From assembly GCA_002688105.1 (NCBI GenBank), contig NZBQ01000006.1:1-46014 (forward strand): 46,014 bases of DNA. The letters run 5' to 3'. Positions 8,407-17,899 of this stretch are shown piece after piece. The notes under the pieces are model-generated. The model was not told where the DNA came from. It searched no databases and saw only the letters and a program-made list of their open reading frames with translations. The stretch comes from Dehalococcoidales bacterium. GTDB taxonomy: Bacteria; Chloroflexota; Dehalococcoidia; Dehalococcoidales; GCA-2688105. Position 1 is the first letter of the stretch. Each line of letters begins with the position of its first letter. The position numbers were made by a program, and so were the translations under genes.

Positions 8407-11400
8407 ATGTTAAATCTGACTCAACTGCTACCTCTCATTGAGAAAGTGCCCGTCTATCGCCAGCTTATAGACGAGCTTAAACAACCTAATGCCAGCCGCA
8501 GGGTAGCTGTGCTCGAGGCGGCCAAGCCCTATCTCATAGCGGCTATCTACCACTGCCAGCGATTACCTATACTGGTAGTTACCACACAGCCCGAAAACAG
8601 CAAAAAACTCTACGAGCAACTCTTAACCTGGTACGCCTCGACCCAGGTAAAACTCTTCCCTGAACCCGATGCCCTGCCCTACCAGCGTATTGCCTCGGAT
8701 ATCTCCACCGAACTGGAAAGGATTCAGGTGCTCTCGGCGCTGGTTAAAACGGAGCCGACTTCAGACGCCCCGTTAGTGGTCACCTCCGCCCCCGCCTTTA
8801 TGCAGAAAATAACGCCTTGCCGTGATTTTATCGCCACCAGCCACACCATAAGACCGAGAATGGAAGCCGAGCCATTTAAGCTGCTGAGCCGGTGGGAGGC
8901 GATGGGCTACCGAAGGGAAAATATAGTGGAGGTGCCGGGCACTGTAAGTCATCGCGGCGGCATCATTGACATCTACCCCCCCACCAGTGACCAGCCCGCC
9001 CGGCTTGAGTTCTTCGGCAACACCATAGACAGCCTCCGTCTCTTTGACCCGACCAGCCAGCGTTCGCTAACCGCAGCCTCATCAGTAGCTATCTGTCCCG
9101 CCACCGAACTAATAACACCCTGGCTAAACAGCCAGCGGGAGCTGGAGCCAATCCTGAATAGCATTGACCTGAAAGGCTGTAGCCCCGGGGTGAGCCAGCA
9201 GTTCCAGCAGGAACTGAACATGCTGCTCCATAAACAGAGACCTGATAATATTCAGTTTTACGCCCCGCTGTTTAACCAGGACAGCATCCTGAATTACCTG
9301 TCCGAGGATACCCTGCTCATCCTTGATGAACCACAGAACCTTGAGAACACCATAGCTGACCTGCATGCCGAAGCCAGCGAGCTGCGCCTGGAGAAGCTGG
9401 AAGAAGGCGAGCTACCGGCTAATTTCCCCAGACCATACTTCACCTGGCCAGAACTAGAGTCAGGAATGAAAAACCGACGGTGCCTGAAACTCACTGCCTG
9501 GGATATTACTGATGATGAACAACCATACCGGTTAAACTTTGCCCCCACACCCAACTACGCCGGACAGCTCCCACTCTTCATCAAAAAGACCAAACAACTC
9601 CTAAATCAAAAACACCGAATTATACTGGTCAGCCATCAGGCAAGCCGATTGTCAGAGCTACTTGACGAGGCAGATATTATCGCCCCACCCCTTACTGAAA
9701 TCAAGCAAACGCCCCCATCCGGCTCACTGACTCTGGTTCAGGGTTCGCTGGCTGAGGGCTGGGTGATGAATAACACCCACCTGTTCACCGATGCTGAAAT
9801 CTTCGGTTTTATCAAGCAGCGCCGGATGATGAAGAAACGTCCGGTGCCCCGTCACAAGCTCCTAGTTGACATGACCCCGGGCGACTATGTGGTGCATATT
9901 GAGCATGGCATTGCCCGGTTTGCCGGCGTTATCACCATGAACACCGACCACACCGAAAAGGAATACCTTGTCCTCAACTATGCGGCGGGAGATAAACTCT
10001 ATGTCCCTACCGACCAGATAGACCGTGTCAACCGCTACATAGGCGCCGGCGAGCGGCCACCGGTGCTCAGTCGGCTGGGCACTCAGGAATGGACACGAAC
10101 CAAGCAGAGAACCAGGGAATCGGTAGAAAACATTGCCCGGGAGTTGTTAACGCTTTACGCTGCCCGGGAGGTAGTGCCCGGCTTCGCCTTCTCCTCCGAT
10201 ACGGTCTGGCAGCAGGAGCTTGAGGCTGCCTTCCCCTATGTGGAGACCCCTGACCAGACAGATGTTCAGAAACAGGTAAAGGAGGATATGGAAAAAACCA
10301 AACCGATGGACAGGCTGGTCTGTGGCGATGTCGGCTACGGTAAGACCGAGGTAGCCATCCGTGCCGCCTTCAAGGCGATAATGGACAATAAGCAGGTAGC
10401 AGTACTGGTGCCGACTACCGTGCTCGCCGAGCAGCACTTCTCCACCTTCAGCCAGCGACTGAGTGCCTTCCCGGTAAGAATTGAGGTGCTAAGTCGGTTC
10501 CGCACCCCCAAAGAGCGTCAGGCTATCCTTGACGGGCTGGCTAACGGGAGTGTGGATATCTGCATCGGCACCCATCGACTGCTGCAAAAGGATGTCGTCT
10601 TCAAGGATTTGGGGCTGTTAACCATTGATGAAGAGCAGCGCTTCGGCGTAAACCACAAGGAATACCTCAAGCAGATGAGACGGGAGGTAGATGTGCTTAC
10701 CCTCAGTGCCACCCCTATCCCCCGCACCCTGCACCTGTCGCTGGTGGGGATAAGGGATATGAGCACGATGGAAACGCCTCCCGAAGAGCGGCTGCCGATA
10801 AAGACCTATGTTACCGGGTATAACGAGCGGCTCATCAGGGAAGCCATACTCAGAGAGCTGGAAAGAAACGGACAGGTCTTCTTCATCCACAATCGGGTTC
10901 AATCTATAGCCTTCGTGGCCAGTAAGCTTAAGTCGCTGGTACCGGAGGCTAAAATAGTCATCGCTCACGGTCAGATGCCCGAAGCCGAGCTGGAGGCGGT
11001 GATGGCTGACTTTACCCAGGGTAAAAGCGATGTGCTGGTCTGCACCACCATTATTGAGTCAGGACTGGATATGCCCAGCGTCAACACCCTGATAGTCAAC
11101 CAGGCGGATAAATTCGGGCTGACCCAACTGTATCAACTACGGGGTAGAGTGGGACGGGGGGCTGACCTTGCCCATGCCTACTTCATCTATGAGAGGGGAA
11201 AGCGCCTGACCCCAACCGCAGAGAAGCGCCTGAGGACTATCTTCGAAGCCACCGAGCTTGGGGCTGGCTTCGGCATCGCCATGAAAGACCTGGAAATCAG
11301 GGGGGCCGGCACCCTGCTGGGCGTAAAGCAGAGTGGGTATATCAGCGCCGTTGGCTTCAGCCTCTACTGCCGGTTGCTGGCGGAGGCGGTTGAGGAGCAA

Positions 11401-11865
11401 AAGGCAAAGCCGACGGGCACTGCCGTAACCAGGCCATCATCCCTGCCACCCCCCACCATCGACCTCCCCCTATCCGCCTATATTCCCGAGGCATATATCG
11501 CCGACCTTGAAACCCGTCTGTCCCTCTACCAGAGCCTGTCCAAGCTGGATAAGGTGGAGCTGGTAGAGGCTCTAGATGACGAATTCAGCGACCGCTTTGG
11601 CACCCTGCCTATGGAGGTAAAGAACCTGCTTTACGCTGTCAAACTTAAGGCTCAGGCCGCCAGAGCGGGCATTGAGTCCATCGCCACCGAGGACGGGCAA
11701 ATTGTGTTAAGGCTGTTTCCCGGTATGCGGTTTGATAAGCAAAAACTAGAGCCTTTACTAAGGGAGGGCATCAAGCTAGGCACCACCCAGCTCCGCCTCC
11801 ACCCCAAACGGCTGGGCAAGGAGTGGCAAAAGGTGCTGGAGGGGGTGGTGAGGAGGATAGGGTGA
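8407..11865 (+). CDS. mfd: Transcription-repair coupling factor
   Basis: About 1150 aa with Walker A 'GDVGYGKTEVA', 'DEEQRFG', 'SATPIPRT', 'QLRGRVGR' and a TRCF C-terminal domain. ATG 8407 follows 'GGAGAAG'; the track ORF begins at TTG 8395. Confidence 0.95.
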   Translation: MLNLTQLLPLIEKVPVYRQLIDELKQPNASRRVAVLEAAKPYLIAAIYHCQRLPILVVTTQPENSKKLYEQLLTWYASTQVKLFPEPDALPYQRIASDISTELERIQVLSALVKTEPTSDAPLVVTSAPAFMQKITPCRDFIATSHTIRPRMEAEPFKLLSRWEAMGYRRENIVEVPGTVSHRGGIIDIYPPTSDQPARLEFFGNTIDSLRLFDPTSQRSLTAASSVAICPATELITPWLNSQRELEPILNSIDLKGCSPGVSQQFQQELNMLLHKQRPDNIQFYAPLFNQDSILNYLSEDTLLILDEPQNLENTIADLHAEASELRLEKLEEGELPANFPRPYFTWPELESGMKNRRCLKLTAWDITDDEQPYRLNFAPTPNYAGQLPLFIKKTKQLLNQKHRIILVSHQASRLSELLDEADIIAPPLTEIKQTPPSGSLTLVQGSLAEGWVMNNTHLFTDAEIFGFIKQRRMMKKRPVPRHKLLVDMTPGDYVVHIEHGIARFAGVITMNTDHTEKEYLVLNYAAGDKLYVPTDQIDRVNRYIGAGERPPVLSRLGTQEWTRTKQRTRESVENIARELLTLYAAREVVPGFAFSSDTVWQQELEAAFPYVETPDQTDVQKQVKEDMEKTKPMDRLVCGDVGYGKTEVAIRAAFKAIMDNKQVAVLVPTTVLAEQHFSTFSQRLSAFPVRIEVLSRFRTPKERQAILDGLANGSVDICIGTHRLLQKDVVFKDLGLLTIDEEQRFGVNHKEYLKQMRREVDVLTLSATPIPRTLHLSLVGIRDMSTMETPPEERLPIKTYVTGYNERLIREAILRELERNGQVFFIHNRVQSIAFVASKLKSLVPEAKIVIAHGQMPEAELEAVMADFTQGKSDVLVCTTIIESGLDMPSVNTLIVNQADKFGLTQLYQLRGRVGRGADLAHAYFIYERGKRLTPTAEKRLRTIFEATELGAGFGIAMKDLEIRGAGTLLGVKQSGYISAVGFSLYCRLLAEAVEEQKAKPTGTAVTRPSSLPPPTIDLPLSAYIPEAYIADLETRLSLYQSLSKLDKVELVEALDDEFSDRFGTLPMEVKNLLYAVKLKAQAARAGIESIATEDGQIVLRLFPGMRFDKQKLEPLLREGIKLGTTQLRLHPKRLGKEWQKVLEGVVRRIG

Positions 11866-11908
11866 TATAATTAGAAGCAAAGGAACCATAAAAGACGGAA
11901 GCAGGCAC

Positions 11909-12370
11909 ATGCCAAACAAAGTTACATATTTTGCGTATGGGTCTAATATGGTCACCAAACGGCTGCAAGAACCAAATCGTGCTCCATCTGCAAAACCTCT
12001 GGGGCGTGCCAAACTCCCTGATAAACGTTTTGTTTGCAACAAGAAGGGTAGAGATTACTCAGGCAAGGCCAATCTTGTAGTTGATACTGGACACATAGTT
12101 TGGGGTGTTTTATATGAAATTGATTCGGCGGACTTAAATAATTTGAATAGATATGAAGGCGACTACAAGATAAAAGAAATGATAGTCATAGATGACCAAG
12201 CTACCCAAGTTAAGGCATATACTTACATCTCTGAAAAATTGACTGAGGATCCAAGGGCATATGAATGTTATAAAAAAATTGTGATTAAAGGCGCACGCGA
12301 ACACAATTTACCAGACGATTACATTAAGAATGATCTAGAAACGATAAAGACAAAACTTGGTCCAAATTAA
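11909..12370 (+). CDS. Gamma-glutamylcyclotransferase-like (AIG2/GGCT fold) protein
   Basis: 153 aa with 'YFAYGSNM', 'WGVLYEI' and 'LNRYEG' signature elements. Its codon usage is visibly more AT-rich than in the flanking genes. Confidence 0.8.
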   Translation: MPNKVTYFAYGSNMVTKRLQEPNRAPSAKPLGRAKLPDKRFVCNKKGRDYSGKANLVVDTGHIVWGVLYEIDSADLNNLNRYEGDYKIKEMIVIDDQATQVKAYTYISEKLTEDPRAYECYKKIVIKGAREHNLPDDYIKNDLETIKTKLGPN

Positions 12371-12404
12371 GGGCAGTTTGAGAGGGGCTAAGCCACCATC
12401 TCAG
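12371..12404 (+). repeat. Single copy of the same repeat family as 3094-3280, immediately after a stop codon
   Basis: 'gggcagtttgagaggggctaagccaccatctc' resembles 'gggtgtttaagaggggctaacgcccctctt' at about 3195. Confidence 0.45.
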
Positions 12405-12428
12405 TAAGGGATATTTCGCTTGGCCACG

Positions 12429-12881
12429 TTAACCAGCAATATTGGCACCGGGTATCACACTAAAATCAGAGGGAAATAGAGACAACAAAGTCGCCACCGC
12501 GGCAAGCCCGAACAGGTTCAACACTATCAGAGCAATTTGTCGCAGTACATACCGGTCAAAGATAATCATAATAATATGACCCACTATAGAGGCAATTAAT
12601 GCCGTGTTGAGAACTGGCAACCAGGCATAAAAACCTGCCGTCAGGATTGGGTCTCTGGTGCCGTCATGATAATAGGCGATATATCCACTAAAAAAATTAA
12701 AGAATATCAATAAAACAATGCTCCAGGCAATGGCAAAACTGGACGATACCATTCTGCCACCTCTCGCATTTCTAAAATAAGCCTCCACTTTCTCACCAAT
12801 CCGCTTACCTAAATCGGCAGCCGGCGGTGAAGGTGGCTCTGGTGGGGGTAGGGGCTCAGGTGATTCATCTTTTTTCCCCAC
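12429..12881 (-). CDS. Membrane protein with Pro-rich N-terminus, unknown function
   Basis: 150-aa ORF with a GTG start, 'PEPLPPPEPPSPP' followed by about 4 hydrophobic helices. Confidence 0.55.
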   Translation of the reverse strand: MGKKDESPEPLPPPEPPSPPAADLGKRIGEKVEAYFRNARGGRMVSSSFAIAWSIVLLIFFNFFSGYIAYYHDGTRDPILTAGFYAWLPVLNTALIASIVGHIIMIIFDRYVLRQIALIVLNLFGLAAVATLLSLFPSDFSVIPGANIAG

Positions 12882-12893
12882 GCCTTCAATGTC

Positions 12894-13337
12894 TCATTTG
12901 CCTAGTTCGCCTAATGAAGCTAACACTTCCTCAGCGAAATCACCCGCCCAGAGGACTTTGTATAGCTGACCACCAGAAGCCTTAACTATCAATACTACCC
13001 AAAGTATAAACCCAACAATTGAGATAACCGAGGAGAAGCCACCCCCAACCACAGGTAGCGAACCGAGGATGATTCCGGCAAGCGTAAGGATACCAAACAC
13101 GATAATTGACTGCATGGCGTTAAAACGAACAAACCTGTTTTTTTACTCGATAAGGAGAAAGATGATGCCGGCTACCCAGATGCCAACATAACATAGTATC
13201 GCCGCCGTAGTTGGTTTCAGCCCCGTACTGGTACTTCCTGCCGCCGCCTGTCCCTCCATCTATACCTTTTACTCGGCCTCAATCCGCGTCTTTTCCTCCT
13301 CATATATTTTTCTCTTTTCCTCCGGTGATAACTTCAT
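12894..13337 (-). pseudogene. DUF4870-like small membrane protein gene interrupted by three in-frame stop codons
   Basis: One continuous frame follows a strong SD (AAGGAGG, 7 nt spacer) and ATG 13337: 'MKLSPEEKRKIYEEEKTRIEAE*KV*MEGQAAAGSTSTGLKPTTAAILCYVGIWVAGIIFLLIE*KNRFVRFNAMQSIIVF...'. The stops are at 13269-13271 (TAA), 13260-13262 (TAG) and 13143-13145 (TAA). The track shows only the last 73 aa. Confidence 0.55.
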
Positions 13338-13373
13338 TTTAAAGCCTCCTTATTGTTTAAAAATAACTCCGGG

Positions 13374-13838
13374 CTACTCCTTACCAGAAGAACCGGACTC
13401 AATCTCCAGCAGTACCAGCCCGCTCTCCTTATCCCGGATACGTGCTGCGTCCACGCCGAGGACTTCATATAAAATGGCTTCCCCCACCAGCCAGGTCGTC
13501 ACGCCGGGTCGCAGGCATCCGGTCATCGTCTGCCCTGACCTGCCCAGAGCACCGTGTATATGCAGGACTGGTTTCCCATCTTCATCAGGAGCGATTATAC
13601 CCGCTCCAACGACCTCGTGGGCACCGTCAACAGGCAGGAACATTGGCTGAGGTTGCCTTTCCTCTGAACTCCGGGGACCGACAACAACCTCACCATCCCC
13701 GATTCCCCCCACCAGGATAACATACCCCACCGACACCCCTTTCTCCTCGGCAAAACGCTCAATACACGAGGGAATCACATCACCATCCTCAAGTCGCATC
13801 ACAAAAACTCTACCCGTTCGTCCTTCACTTGCCTTCAT
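13374..13838 (-). CDS. PPC-domain (DUF296) protein
   Basis: 'GRVFVMRLEDGDVIPSCIERFAEEKGVSVGYVILVGGIG...HIHGALG' is typical of the PPC/DUF296 fold. ATG 13838 has SD GAGGAGG 6 nt upstream; the track ORF extends to 13916 without an SD. Confidence 0.8.
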   Translation of the reverse strand: MKASEGRTGRVFVMRLEDGDVIPSCIERFAEEKGVSVGYVILVGGIGDGEVVVGPRSSEERQPQPMFLPVDGAHEVVGAGIIAPDEDGKPVLHIHGALGRSGQTMTGCLRPGVTTWLVGEAILYEVLGVDAARIRDKESGLVLLEIESGSSGKE

Positions 13839-14113
13839 TAGAAGCCTCCTCTTATTTTCAGTGTGGGGCATGAACTGCGAGCCATCAAGAAAATTAGCCC
13901 AACTCATTATGGACACTTTAATCAGCTAACCAAGCCTTGTCAAGAGCCAGCATAAATCCCCCAAACTGCGCCACTTTAACCACGATTTACCGTTTTGATT
14001 TAAAGAGGTTTTGGTTAGTTAAAAGACAATGACATTGAGGTAGAGGCAGTGGCTAAAATCAGTTGCTCTTGCTCCAACAATGGCCTATGCCTAGATGCTG
14101 ATGGAGCTAGTGA

Positions 14114-14142
14114 TTGACAACTATCAAGAGATGTAGTTGAAT
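14114..14142 (+). promoter_or_regulatory. Candidate sigma-70-type promoter for the orphan RNA
   Basis: TTGACA (14114-14119), a 17-nt spacer, then TTGAAT (14137-14142). An alternative -10 TAGAAT lies at 14142-14147. Confidence 0.3.
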
Positions 14143-14149
14143 AGAATTA

Positions 14150-14403
14150 GAGGCTGAGTGATACCTCAAATACTTAAAGGGAGGTGCATGGTGAAGCTTC
14201 ACGTTCTATACGGGGTGTGGCAAGTAGACAAGTGATGCCCTGCCGGAAGGCGGGGCGAATGGAACTCAAACTCAACTCGGTAAAGTGAGTTAGGGACCGT
14301 TCTAAAGAAGAGAGGTCCAATGCGGTGTTGTTCACCGCCAGTGAGTTGGGGTTGAGGAGGCAACTCAGTGGAGGGTACTTAACTAAGTGCTCTCCACTTT
14401 TTA
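14150..14403 (+). ncRNA. Unclassified structured RNA candidate (about 250 nt) ending in an intrinsic terminator
   Basis: No ORF of 60 aa or more occurs on either strand across 13917-14540. There are at least six stem-loops by eye. These include 8 bp with a GGAA tetraloop (14237-14256), 6 bp (14322-14338) and 10 bp with one mismatch (14339-14348 / 14361-14370). Confidence 0.35.
14368..14403 (+). terminator. Rho-independent terminator
   Basis: An 11-bp stem 'gtggagggtac'/'gtgctctccac' (two G-U pairs) with the 8-nt loop 'ttaactaa', followed by TTTTT. Confidence 0.65.
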
Positions 14404-14540
14404 TAGAGTGCGTGCCATTTCTCCATCGGTATTATTAATATGTACTAATCAAGATAGCCCTCCCGCTTCCCCATGCTATTATCCCCCCAGTAATAGATTC
14501 ATCCGGGCAACACTCTTGCCAATCTAACCGTTATTAAAGT

Positions 14541-15242
14541 CTAAAGATACTTAACCACCTCGGGGAGGAGGCGGATGCGAGGGCAGTCAGTAATATCAGG
14601 GTATAAATTATCACGGTCAATAAGTATCGGCTTGATACCCACCCCCCGGGCACCGACCACATCAATTTTGTACTGGTCACCAACATGAAATGCTTCGGAG
14701 GCGGCTACGCCCGCTCGTTCCAGGGCTGCCAGAAAAATAGGTGGCTGAGGTTTGTCACTACCCGCCTCCTCAGAGGTAACCACAAAGTCAAGATATGGCT
14801 CCAGACCTAGCTGACGACAAATAGGAACCATATCCTTATTCAGATTGGTCAGCAAACCCAAAACAAGCTGCTGCTTCTTCAGTTCCTTTAAGGTGGGTAG
14901 CACATCTTCAAAGAGGACAAAGGTCATGCCCTTATATAATTCCTGCACCTTTTTCACAATTTTCAAAAGTAGCTCTTTATTAACCTTAATCCCAGCCTCA
15001 GTTAACAATATATGCTGATAGCGAAGCCCAATCTCAGCCTGTTCTTCAGAACTCCTCGCTCTCACCTTGGATTTGATGTTCTCATCAAACCAATACTCAT
15101 CAGCCAATAAAAGACCAGGTTTTACCTTCTGTGGTGATACCTTAATACCAAACTCCTGTAAAACCTGGCAATGAAGTTCTTCACGGGGAGGTTCAAAACG
15201 GGCCAGAGTATGAAACCAATCAAGAAATACAGCTTTAGTCAC
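14541..15242 (-). CDS. HAD-superfamily hydrolase, subfamily IA-like
   Basis: Motif I variant 'VFLDWFHTL' (the second Asp is replaced), 'LLTNLN', 'SDKPQPPIF' and 'HVGDQYKIDVVGA'. GTG 15242 lies 10 nt after the acpP stop; the longer track ORF would overlap acpP. Confidence 0.7.
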   Translation of the reverse strand: MTKAVFLDWFHTLARFEPPREELHCQVLQEFGIKVSPQKVKPGLLLADEYWFDENIKSKVRARSSEEQAEIGLRYQHILLTEAGIKVNKELLLKIVKKVQELYKGMTFVLFEDVLPTLKELKKQQLVLGLLTNLNKDMVPICRQLGLEPYLDFVVTSEEAGSDKPQPPIFLAALERAGVAASEAFHVGDQYKIDVVGARGVGIKPILIDRDNLYPDITDCPRIRLLPEVVKYL

Positions 15243-15252
15243 ACTGACCGAC

Positions 15253-15513
15253 CTACTTATCCTCAACGCCCAGGTCTTTAAGATAATCAATAACACCCTG
15301 GACGGTTGTCAACTTTCCAGCATCTTCATCCAGTACCGCAATTTTTCGGGATGGGCTACTAAACTCCTCTTCCACAGTCATTATCAGTTCTACCAAGTCC
15401 AGAGAGTCGGCACCTAAATCATCAGTAAAGTTAGCTGAGGGCACTACCTCTTTCTCTTCTACCCCCAGCTGTTCAACCAGTATCGTTTGCAGCCGCTCAA
15501 AAATCGTTGCCAA
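15253..15513 (-). CDS. acpP: Acyl carrier protein
   Basis: Phosphopantetheine attachment motif '[15 protein letters not shown]'. A TTG start is preceded by 'AAGGGGG'. Confidence 0.85.
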   Translation of the reverse strand: MATIFERLQTILVEQLGVEEKEVVPSANFTDDLGADSLDLVELIMTVEEEFSSPSRKIAVLDEDAGKLTTVQGVIDYLKDLGVEDK

Positions 15514-15537
15514 TATTTACCCCCTTTATGATAACTT

Positions 15538-15948
15538 TCATCTACTAGCCCCAGCGCTAACTGAGCCTAAAACGCCATTAATAAATTTCGGTGAATTATC
15601 GCTACCAAAGGTCTTAGCCATCTCAACTGCCTCATTTATGGCTACTTTAACCGGCGCTTTATTATCAAGCAAAATTTCAAATATTGCAAGCCTCAGGATA
15701 TTCCTATCAACCACCGGTATTTGCTCTATCGGCCAGGCAGGAGCAAAGCTCTGAATATTCCGGTCAATCTTCTCCTTATTCTGGATAACACCACTCACCA
15801 GCTCACGAGTGAAGGCAGCATTTTCCTCAGATAATCCCCCCCCGGCCAGCAGACGGGTTACCACCCCCTCTACCTCATGCCCCACCGTGTCAATCTCATA
15901 TAATACCTGGAGAGCGAGTGTCCTTGCTTTTCGTCGCGCCCCTGCCAT
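15538..15948 (-). CDS. nusB: Transcription antitermination factor NusB
   Basis: '[17 protein letters not shown]', '[14 protein letters not shown]' and '[12 protein letters not shown]'. ATG 15948 matches the family N-terminus. Confidence 0.9.
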   Translation of the reverse strand: MAGARRKARTLALQVLYEIDTVGHEVEGVVTRLLAGGGLSEENAAFTRELVSGVIQNKEKIDRNIQSFAPAWPIEQIPVVDRNILRLAIFEILLDNKAPVKVAINEAVEMAKTFGSDNSPKFINGVLGSVSAGASR

Positions 15949-16000
15949 AGATTCACCACAAACCAAAACAATATTATAGCATACTAGCCAATTGATGACC

Positions 16001-16921
16001 TTAAACTATATTTTTGACCGCCTCCGCATCCCCTATATTCAGGATTTCGGCATCCTCGTTTATTCGCTTAATGAGGCCACTGAGCACTTGCCCCGGACCT
16101 ATCTCGATAAAGGTGGTAACCCCATCATTTACCATATATTCTACCGAGCGCTGCCACTGGATGCTACTACACAACTGATTGAGCAGTTCTGCCTTCACTT
16201 CTTCAACGGTAGTCAATGGCTGAGCAGTGGTGTTAGCCACGATAGGAACCACTGGCTGGTGAAAGGAAAGGGTAGCTATAATCTGAGACATACCATCAAC
16301 GGCTGGTTGCATCAGTGGTGTATGAAAGGCACCGCTTACCGATAGGGGAATGGCACGACTAGCCCCCCTGGCTTTAGCTAAATCGACAGCCCTGGCTAAG
16401 TTCTTCTGTAAGCCACTAATTACCATCTGTCCCGGGCAGTTAATATTAGCCAGCCGAGTGTCAGTTTCAGCACATACCTCAACTACTGAAGTCTCATCAA
16501 GTCCAATCACAGCTACCATGCCTCCGGATTTCTTCACCCCGGCTTCATACATCAACCGACCCCTCTCTCGAGACAAATAAACAGCCGTAGCAAAATCAAT
16601 CACCCCGGCGGCGGGCAGTGCGGTATACTCACCAAGGCTATGGCCAGCCATAAAAGCCGGAGGCGGTAACCCTCGGTCACCATCTACATCAGAGGCAGCC
16701 TTCAAACAGGCAAAGCTGACGGTCACCAGCGCCGGTTGAGCATTGATAGTCTGACGAAGCTCATCCTCTGGACCCTCAAAGCACAATCTGGACAGGGGAA
16801 ACCCCAAAACCTCATCAGCCTGCTCAAAGACAGCCTTAGCTGAGTCAAAACTCTCATAAAGGTCACGACCCATACCTACCTTCTGAGAACCCTGTCCCGG
16901 GAAGATATAAGCTGCTTTCAT
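16001..16921 (-). CDS. fabD: Malonyl-CoA:ACP transacylase
   Basis: 'YIFPGQGSQ' and the active-site motif 'GHSLGEY'. ATG 16921 is preferred over the GTG 16936 given in the track. Confidence 0.9.
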   Translation of the reverse strand: MKAAYIFPGQGSQKVGMGRDLYESFDSAKAVFEQADEVLGFPLSRLCFEGPEDELRQTINAQPALVTVSFACLKAASDVDGDRGLPPPAFMAGHSLGEYTALPAAGVIDFATAVYLSRERGRLMYEAGVKKSGGMVAVIGLDETSVVEVCAETDTRLANINCPGQMVISGLQKNLARAVDLAKARGASRAIPLSVSGAFHTPLMQPAVDGMSQIIATLSFHQPVVPIVANTTAQPLTTVEEVKAELLNQLCSSIQWQRSVEYMVNDGVTTFIEIGPGQVLSGLIKRINEDAEILNIGDAEAVKNIV

Positions 16922-16935
16922 CGACTCAATCACCA

Positions 16936-17886
16936 CTAACCATCGGTATAGGAATTTTTGAGACCAGCAATTATCGCCTCAGCCTCAGACATCATCTCAT
17001 CTATAATAACCCGGACCGGCTTAATATCCTTTACCAATCCAGCAATCTGTCCAGCTATTATTGTGCCATCCTCAAGGTTACCATCAATCGCCGCCTGATA
17101 ATATCTATTCCGGCCAAACGATTCCAGATCCTCTTTGGATGCGCCAGCCTTCTCCATTTTCTGGAATTGACGTGTCAACCGGTTTTGCAAACAACGCAGC
17201 GGATGCCCCGTACTTTGCCCACTAGCCACGGTAGACCGTTCGTGTGCCTGTAGAATCTTCTCCTTATATCTCGGGTGAGCAATACATTCCTGGCTACAAA
17301 CAAAACGCGTTCCTATCTGAACTCCCTGAGCCCCAAGAGCCAAGCCAGCCACTAAGCCCCGTCCGTCAGCAATACCACCAGCCGCTACTACTGGTATCTG
17401 AATACCATCCACTACCTGAGGCACTAAAGCCATAGTGGTTACTTCCCCAATATGTCCCCCTGATTCCATACCCTCAACCACCACGGCATCAACACCGAAC
17501 CGCTCCAATCGTTGAGCTAAGGCAACGCTAGCCAATACCGGCATCACCTTCACACCCGCTTCCTTAAGTTTAGGAACATAAGGCCCGGGATTACCCGCGC
17601 CGGTGGTAACCACCGCCACTCTCTCTTCCAAGACTACCTCCACCACCTGTTCGGCAAAGGGTGACAATAGCAAAATGTTCACTCCAAAGGGCTTATCGGT
17701 TAACTGCCTGGTATTGTGTATCTGTTGCCTCACCCAAGCTGGCTCAGAATTACCGGCACCAATTATACCCAATCCACCAGCATTTGACACCGCCGAGACA
17801 AGCTCAGACGTGCCCAGATGAGCCATCCCCCCCTGAATAATCGGATATTTAATACTAAATAAGTCACAGATAGCAGTTTTAAACAA
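16936..17886 (-). CDS. fabK: Enoyl-ACP reductase II (FMN-dependent, nitronate monooxygenase fold)
   Basis: 'IKYPIIQGGMAHLG' and 'AAGGIADGRG'. A TTG 17886 start gives about 316 aa and begins just after the rpmF stop; the track extension to 18048 overlaps rpmF and looks non-coding. Confidence 0.8.
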   Translation of the reverse strand: MFKTAICDLFSIKYPIIQGGMAHLGTSELVSAVSNAGGLGIIGAGNSEPAWVRQQIHNTRQLTDKPFGVNILLLSPFAEQVVEVVLEERVAVVTTGAGNPGPYVPKLKEAGVKVMPVLASVALAQRLERFGVDAVVVEGMESGGHIGEVTTMALVPQVVDGIQIPVVAAGGIADGRGLVAGLALGAQGVQIGTRFVCSQECIAHPRYKEKILQAHERSTVASGQSTGHPLRCLQNRLTRQFQKMEKAGASKEDLESFGRNRYYQAAIDGNLEDGTIIAGQIAGLVKDIKPVRVIIDEMMSEAEAIIAGLKNSYTDG

Positions 17887-17899
17887 GAGGCAACTTCCC

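Noticed and set aside
4108-11400. Many 60-130-aa track ORFs lying antisense or out of frame inside proA, gdh, proB and mfd. Examples are 4108-4410, 5532-5852, 7133-7369, 8973-9221, 10618-10968 and 11137-11400. Similar ones lie inside later genes.
   Set aside because: Each is fully embedded in a long ORF with clear family motifs. They have low-complexity, Arg/Ser/Pro-rich translations and no SD, so they are shadow ORFs of GC-rich coding sequence.
14150-14403. Identity of the RNA candidate as SRP RNA, RNase P RNA, tmRNA, or a glycine, cobalamin or guanidine riboswitch.
   Set aside because: The GGAA-capped helix lacks the flanking SRP domain-IV 'AGCA' loops. There is no 'GAGGAAAGUCC' (RNase P), no tRNA-like CCA end or tag ORF (tmRNA), and only fragmentary resemblance to riboswitch cores. 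No downstream cis gene exists. It is left unclassified.
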